A stretch of DNA of 64,000 bases from an uncultured Akkermansia sp. (GTDB taxonomy: Bacteria > Verrucomicrobiota > Verrucomicrobiia > Limisphaerales > UBA9464): assembly GCA_964430505.1 (NCBI GenBank), contig CAYSGH010000011.1:1589-65588 (forward strand), written 5' to 3'. The translations under genes were made by a program, and so were the position numbers. Positions 63,701 to 64,000 of this stretch are shown here, piece by piece; position 1 is the stretch's first letter; each line of letters starts with the position of its first letter. The notes beneath the pieces are model-generated. The model did no database searches. It worked only from the letters and a program-made list of their open reading frames with translations, and was not told the DNA's origin.

Positions 63701-64000
63701 GTCCACCGTGACCTCGTCCCCGCCCTGCTGGCCCTCCGGGAAGTTGCGCGAGTAGGAACGCCCGTCGCGGTCGCGCCGCGGCCCGGCGTCGATGTGCAGC
63801 GTGATGCCCAGCTCGCCCGTCACGTTGGTGACGGGAGCCATCGCGAACATCTCCACGAGAAGGTCGAGGGCCAACGCGTGGGGCTCGTTGCGCCAGCCCG
63901 TCGGGTGGCCCGTCGTCCGCGGAGCCAGCCAGTCCAGCTCCAGGAAAAGGTCCTTGCGCCGCGGGTCCGCCCCAAAACGCGCCAGCCGAAGGTCGGCCCC
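57710..64000 (-). CDS. Giant secreted metzincin-type zinc protease with Ig-like modules and ELWxxDGT repeats (5'-partial; continues beyond the window)
   Basis: The reading frame is open from 57710 to the window edge. The codon at 63874 is TTG, and upstream codons read ...KDLFLELDWLAPRTTGHPTGWRNEPHA with no stop. HEIGHTLGLAH lies at 63026-63058. About 6 Ig-like modules carrying DANGDG/DVDGDG lie at about 60990-62680. At least 13 clear (E/P)LWx(S/T)DGTxxGT repeats lie at about 58130-60880. Confidence 0.85.
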   Translation of the reverse strand, partial: GADLRLARFGADPRRKDLFLELDWLAPRTTGHPTGWRNEPHALALDLLVEMFAMAPVTNVTGELGITLHIDAGPRRDRDGRSYSRNFPEGQQGGDEVTVDGARPDILQIGSPDRATLGGFTVAPLDAVKDRYFGTADKNAREFAFRYAVLGDFLSLLGHVDATHGAPVTFTVAAVEGQKMRVAFAQPVSPANLRKVLNLRWVGFPDGPAAGEVRRIPPDGIAAITDANGNATGIVIAIEGPMPRPEPVVGGHVILLNSGASALSEAFFRDVLGGAEALNGHRLPGNDIVVSMPSIQLPGLHPTLSATYLGRILSHEIGHTLGLAHGGNETACAHRGDVHWSVMSYTHLSRIEPQVPLVLGGGSCPDAQTNLPAPPGLAPDALLPGVVDSYSNGSDPLGFNEWAYLRMDAWATPWNLGNSQMRYAAALPPVHTPDDPGPVELAADALDRQPPRLSWLTPAGPIRVSTGSTFAFEFTASDNVALAQLRARLDANGDGSPMGPDEVVVPASLGGDRYRATFSLSGPDGPRAVVVEATDPAGNVTSLSPRILVGSGSFPDTTPPVVEAVTPREGDSLPSRGPVAIRLRTQDNETEDGLVRAWVEFDVDGNGSVDPASEVFPAVLAEALQPRTRVAMLPQSSGAAGVRTLRIVSEDAWLNRATREVGVRVTPPDTAPPTLVIESGPAEGSRMGYGPAQLRLRVQATDDSGIAELAWSLDANGDGILGGPGAFERQVLPVGGGASVIRDIDLYPMFRGPPGTRTIRVEAADVTGNRTVVSRSLELVDAGPPSLWLLNPEASDPVRLGGPLTVSGQARDDQGIARLTVSFDANGDGVVSPDEVLEATLLGADRFQATFPVVTGGPGTRRVLLRAVDPVGQAGLQEVPVEVTRGVVVHAPLANDPWRVGSTHLVSLEAPVPSTAAALPVFRARFDVDGDGVVAGLLEDQTAAAQPSLAGYVAARYARVALAFGSLSGPPGPRRLRVEIEGDPATAVERDVWVEAPGDPGRLSVRLDHVPFTAPLLQAIGDGDSVPTPVATVSNVVLFTALTRREGLELWRTDGTPGGTSLLKDINPGLSEGLNPKPQGSDPSGFVSFRGKVFFAATDQSGGFSTPTLGSGRELWATDGTPAGTQLVRDINPDRIPAQANDSSDPAGLVVFRDRIWFAATVRSTGRELWTSDGTGEGTVPFMDLVPGPFSSNPTRLTVADDLLYFIVDQRALWRTDGTVAGTRRVHPDEEPDFRAPGWDRLVALGNRLFALRVRAGFHELWTSDGSTEGTRVLKVLAPFSTRFGDPEMAVAGDRLVFSAESAFEGRELWVTDGTEEGTRLLRDFWPGGPDAFGRVPSGQPRGFTPAGSLAAFAALSSDVGDEPWVTDGTDAGTRLVGDVAPNAGDVAASIPTGSSPSAFVAGPGSLWFAATDGGRRLGNELRRWDGTRAPELVRDLTPIWVNRLLGSLGSFAGPASSHPTSLLPVGGRVFFRAMDPIYGAELHVSDGSAAGTRRLANLNTGAARPSLLLRKDGSRILVSGFDGRLAILREWTPTGGSRVWASPAGGAAEPRMEHGNGWAFVVTNGQAGALRRAILHEWRDSEPEPTSRLVALDVWRIASGAGFAWAAGVDTQNNPALWRIGADGDPVAFPIPGSNPTYTLFQSAELNGRLLFSASGQRPRELWSGGADGVRVLRAADGSGLDFIDRFHRFNDRLYFQAATQGTAQYWSTDGSDSGTRRFREEGPTAGRPVSELKPVTLNGKLLFSALRFGEPHELWISDGTTEGTTALGRVLDPIRGELHAQSIRHLAVAGDRAFFNGTTAWGAEPWVTDGTPGGTRMVANIARASGGSWMEPDSDPAWITPLGRNVVFVAGTAAEGRELWFSDGTEAGTRPVKNLVPGPSSPDIADLTPWAGRIFFTAKTTAEGRELWATDGTAEGTVLVEDLLQGPMSSDPSDLTVFGGRMAYLARDQGDDLALRSVAATASPYEAWLAGYVLPPGFPRDPAADADGDGASNALEFLYRTSPVDPRDKMGFTSVRSVPGVLPTLALTYLRPTDWLERRMNFQLQFTDNFNGWSALFPSRTTVEDLGAMERVTVEVQGELQMRSFFVRLRVTGL

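Noticed and set aside
1-64000. A search for CRISPR arrays, tRNA/rRNA genes, IS elements, integrases, prophage or toxin-antitoxin/defence modules.
   Set aside because: I saw no regularly spaced direct repeats, no cloverleaf-like segments in the intergenic regions I read, and no transposase, integrase, recombinase, nuclease or defence-type motifs in any credible ORF. The scan was by eye, so small elements could have been missed.

Overview
All homology calls below come from reading motifs by eye, with no database search, so family names are best recognitions.

This is a GC-rich bacterial chromosome segment. Its gene content includes a DUF1549/DUF1553 + DUF1501 pair, a prepilin-like protein with an N-terminal methylation motif, DUF1080, a Tat-signal sugar-phosphate isomerase, and several huge Ig/FG-GAP/ELWxxDGT exoproteins. 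That mix points to the PVC superphylum, most likely Verrucomicrobiota (inference).

I can support about 47 protein-coding genes and one RNase P RNA. The housekeeping anchors are purL, ung, rnpB and the conserved nusA-infB-rbfA-nrnA-truB-ribF block. I saw no transposase, integrase, CRISPR array, tRNA or rRNA. The many long ORFs antisense to real genes are GC-driven artefacts.

The candidates most worth a second look are:
1. A tightly packed VTC (polyphosphate-polymerase-like) / DUF4956 / HlyD-type adaptor / Ig-exoprotein / beta-barrel cluster (2157-7342).
2. A lipid-head-group-type locus with an LpxH-family pyrophosphatase, GT4, a class-III aminotransferase, PSD and an orphan GxSxG membrane protein (50190-57452). 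It has unusual head-to-head and tail-to-tail codon overlaps.
3. A giant exoprotein of more than 2090 aa combining a metzincin domain, Ig-like modules and ELWxxDGT repeats, running off the window edge (57710-64000).
4. A G-domain-less RF3 fragment translationally coupled to purL (9560-10330).
5. A 380-nt highly structured non-coding region containing a perfect 15-bp inverted repeat (43572-43950).
6. A ClpX-like unfoldase lacking both the zinc-binding domain and the IGF loop (20200-21489).
7. A C-terminal module ending in FYRV that is shared by unrelated secreted proteins.
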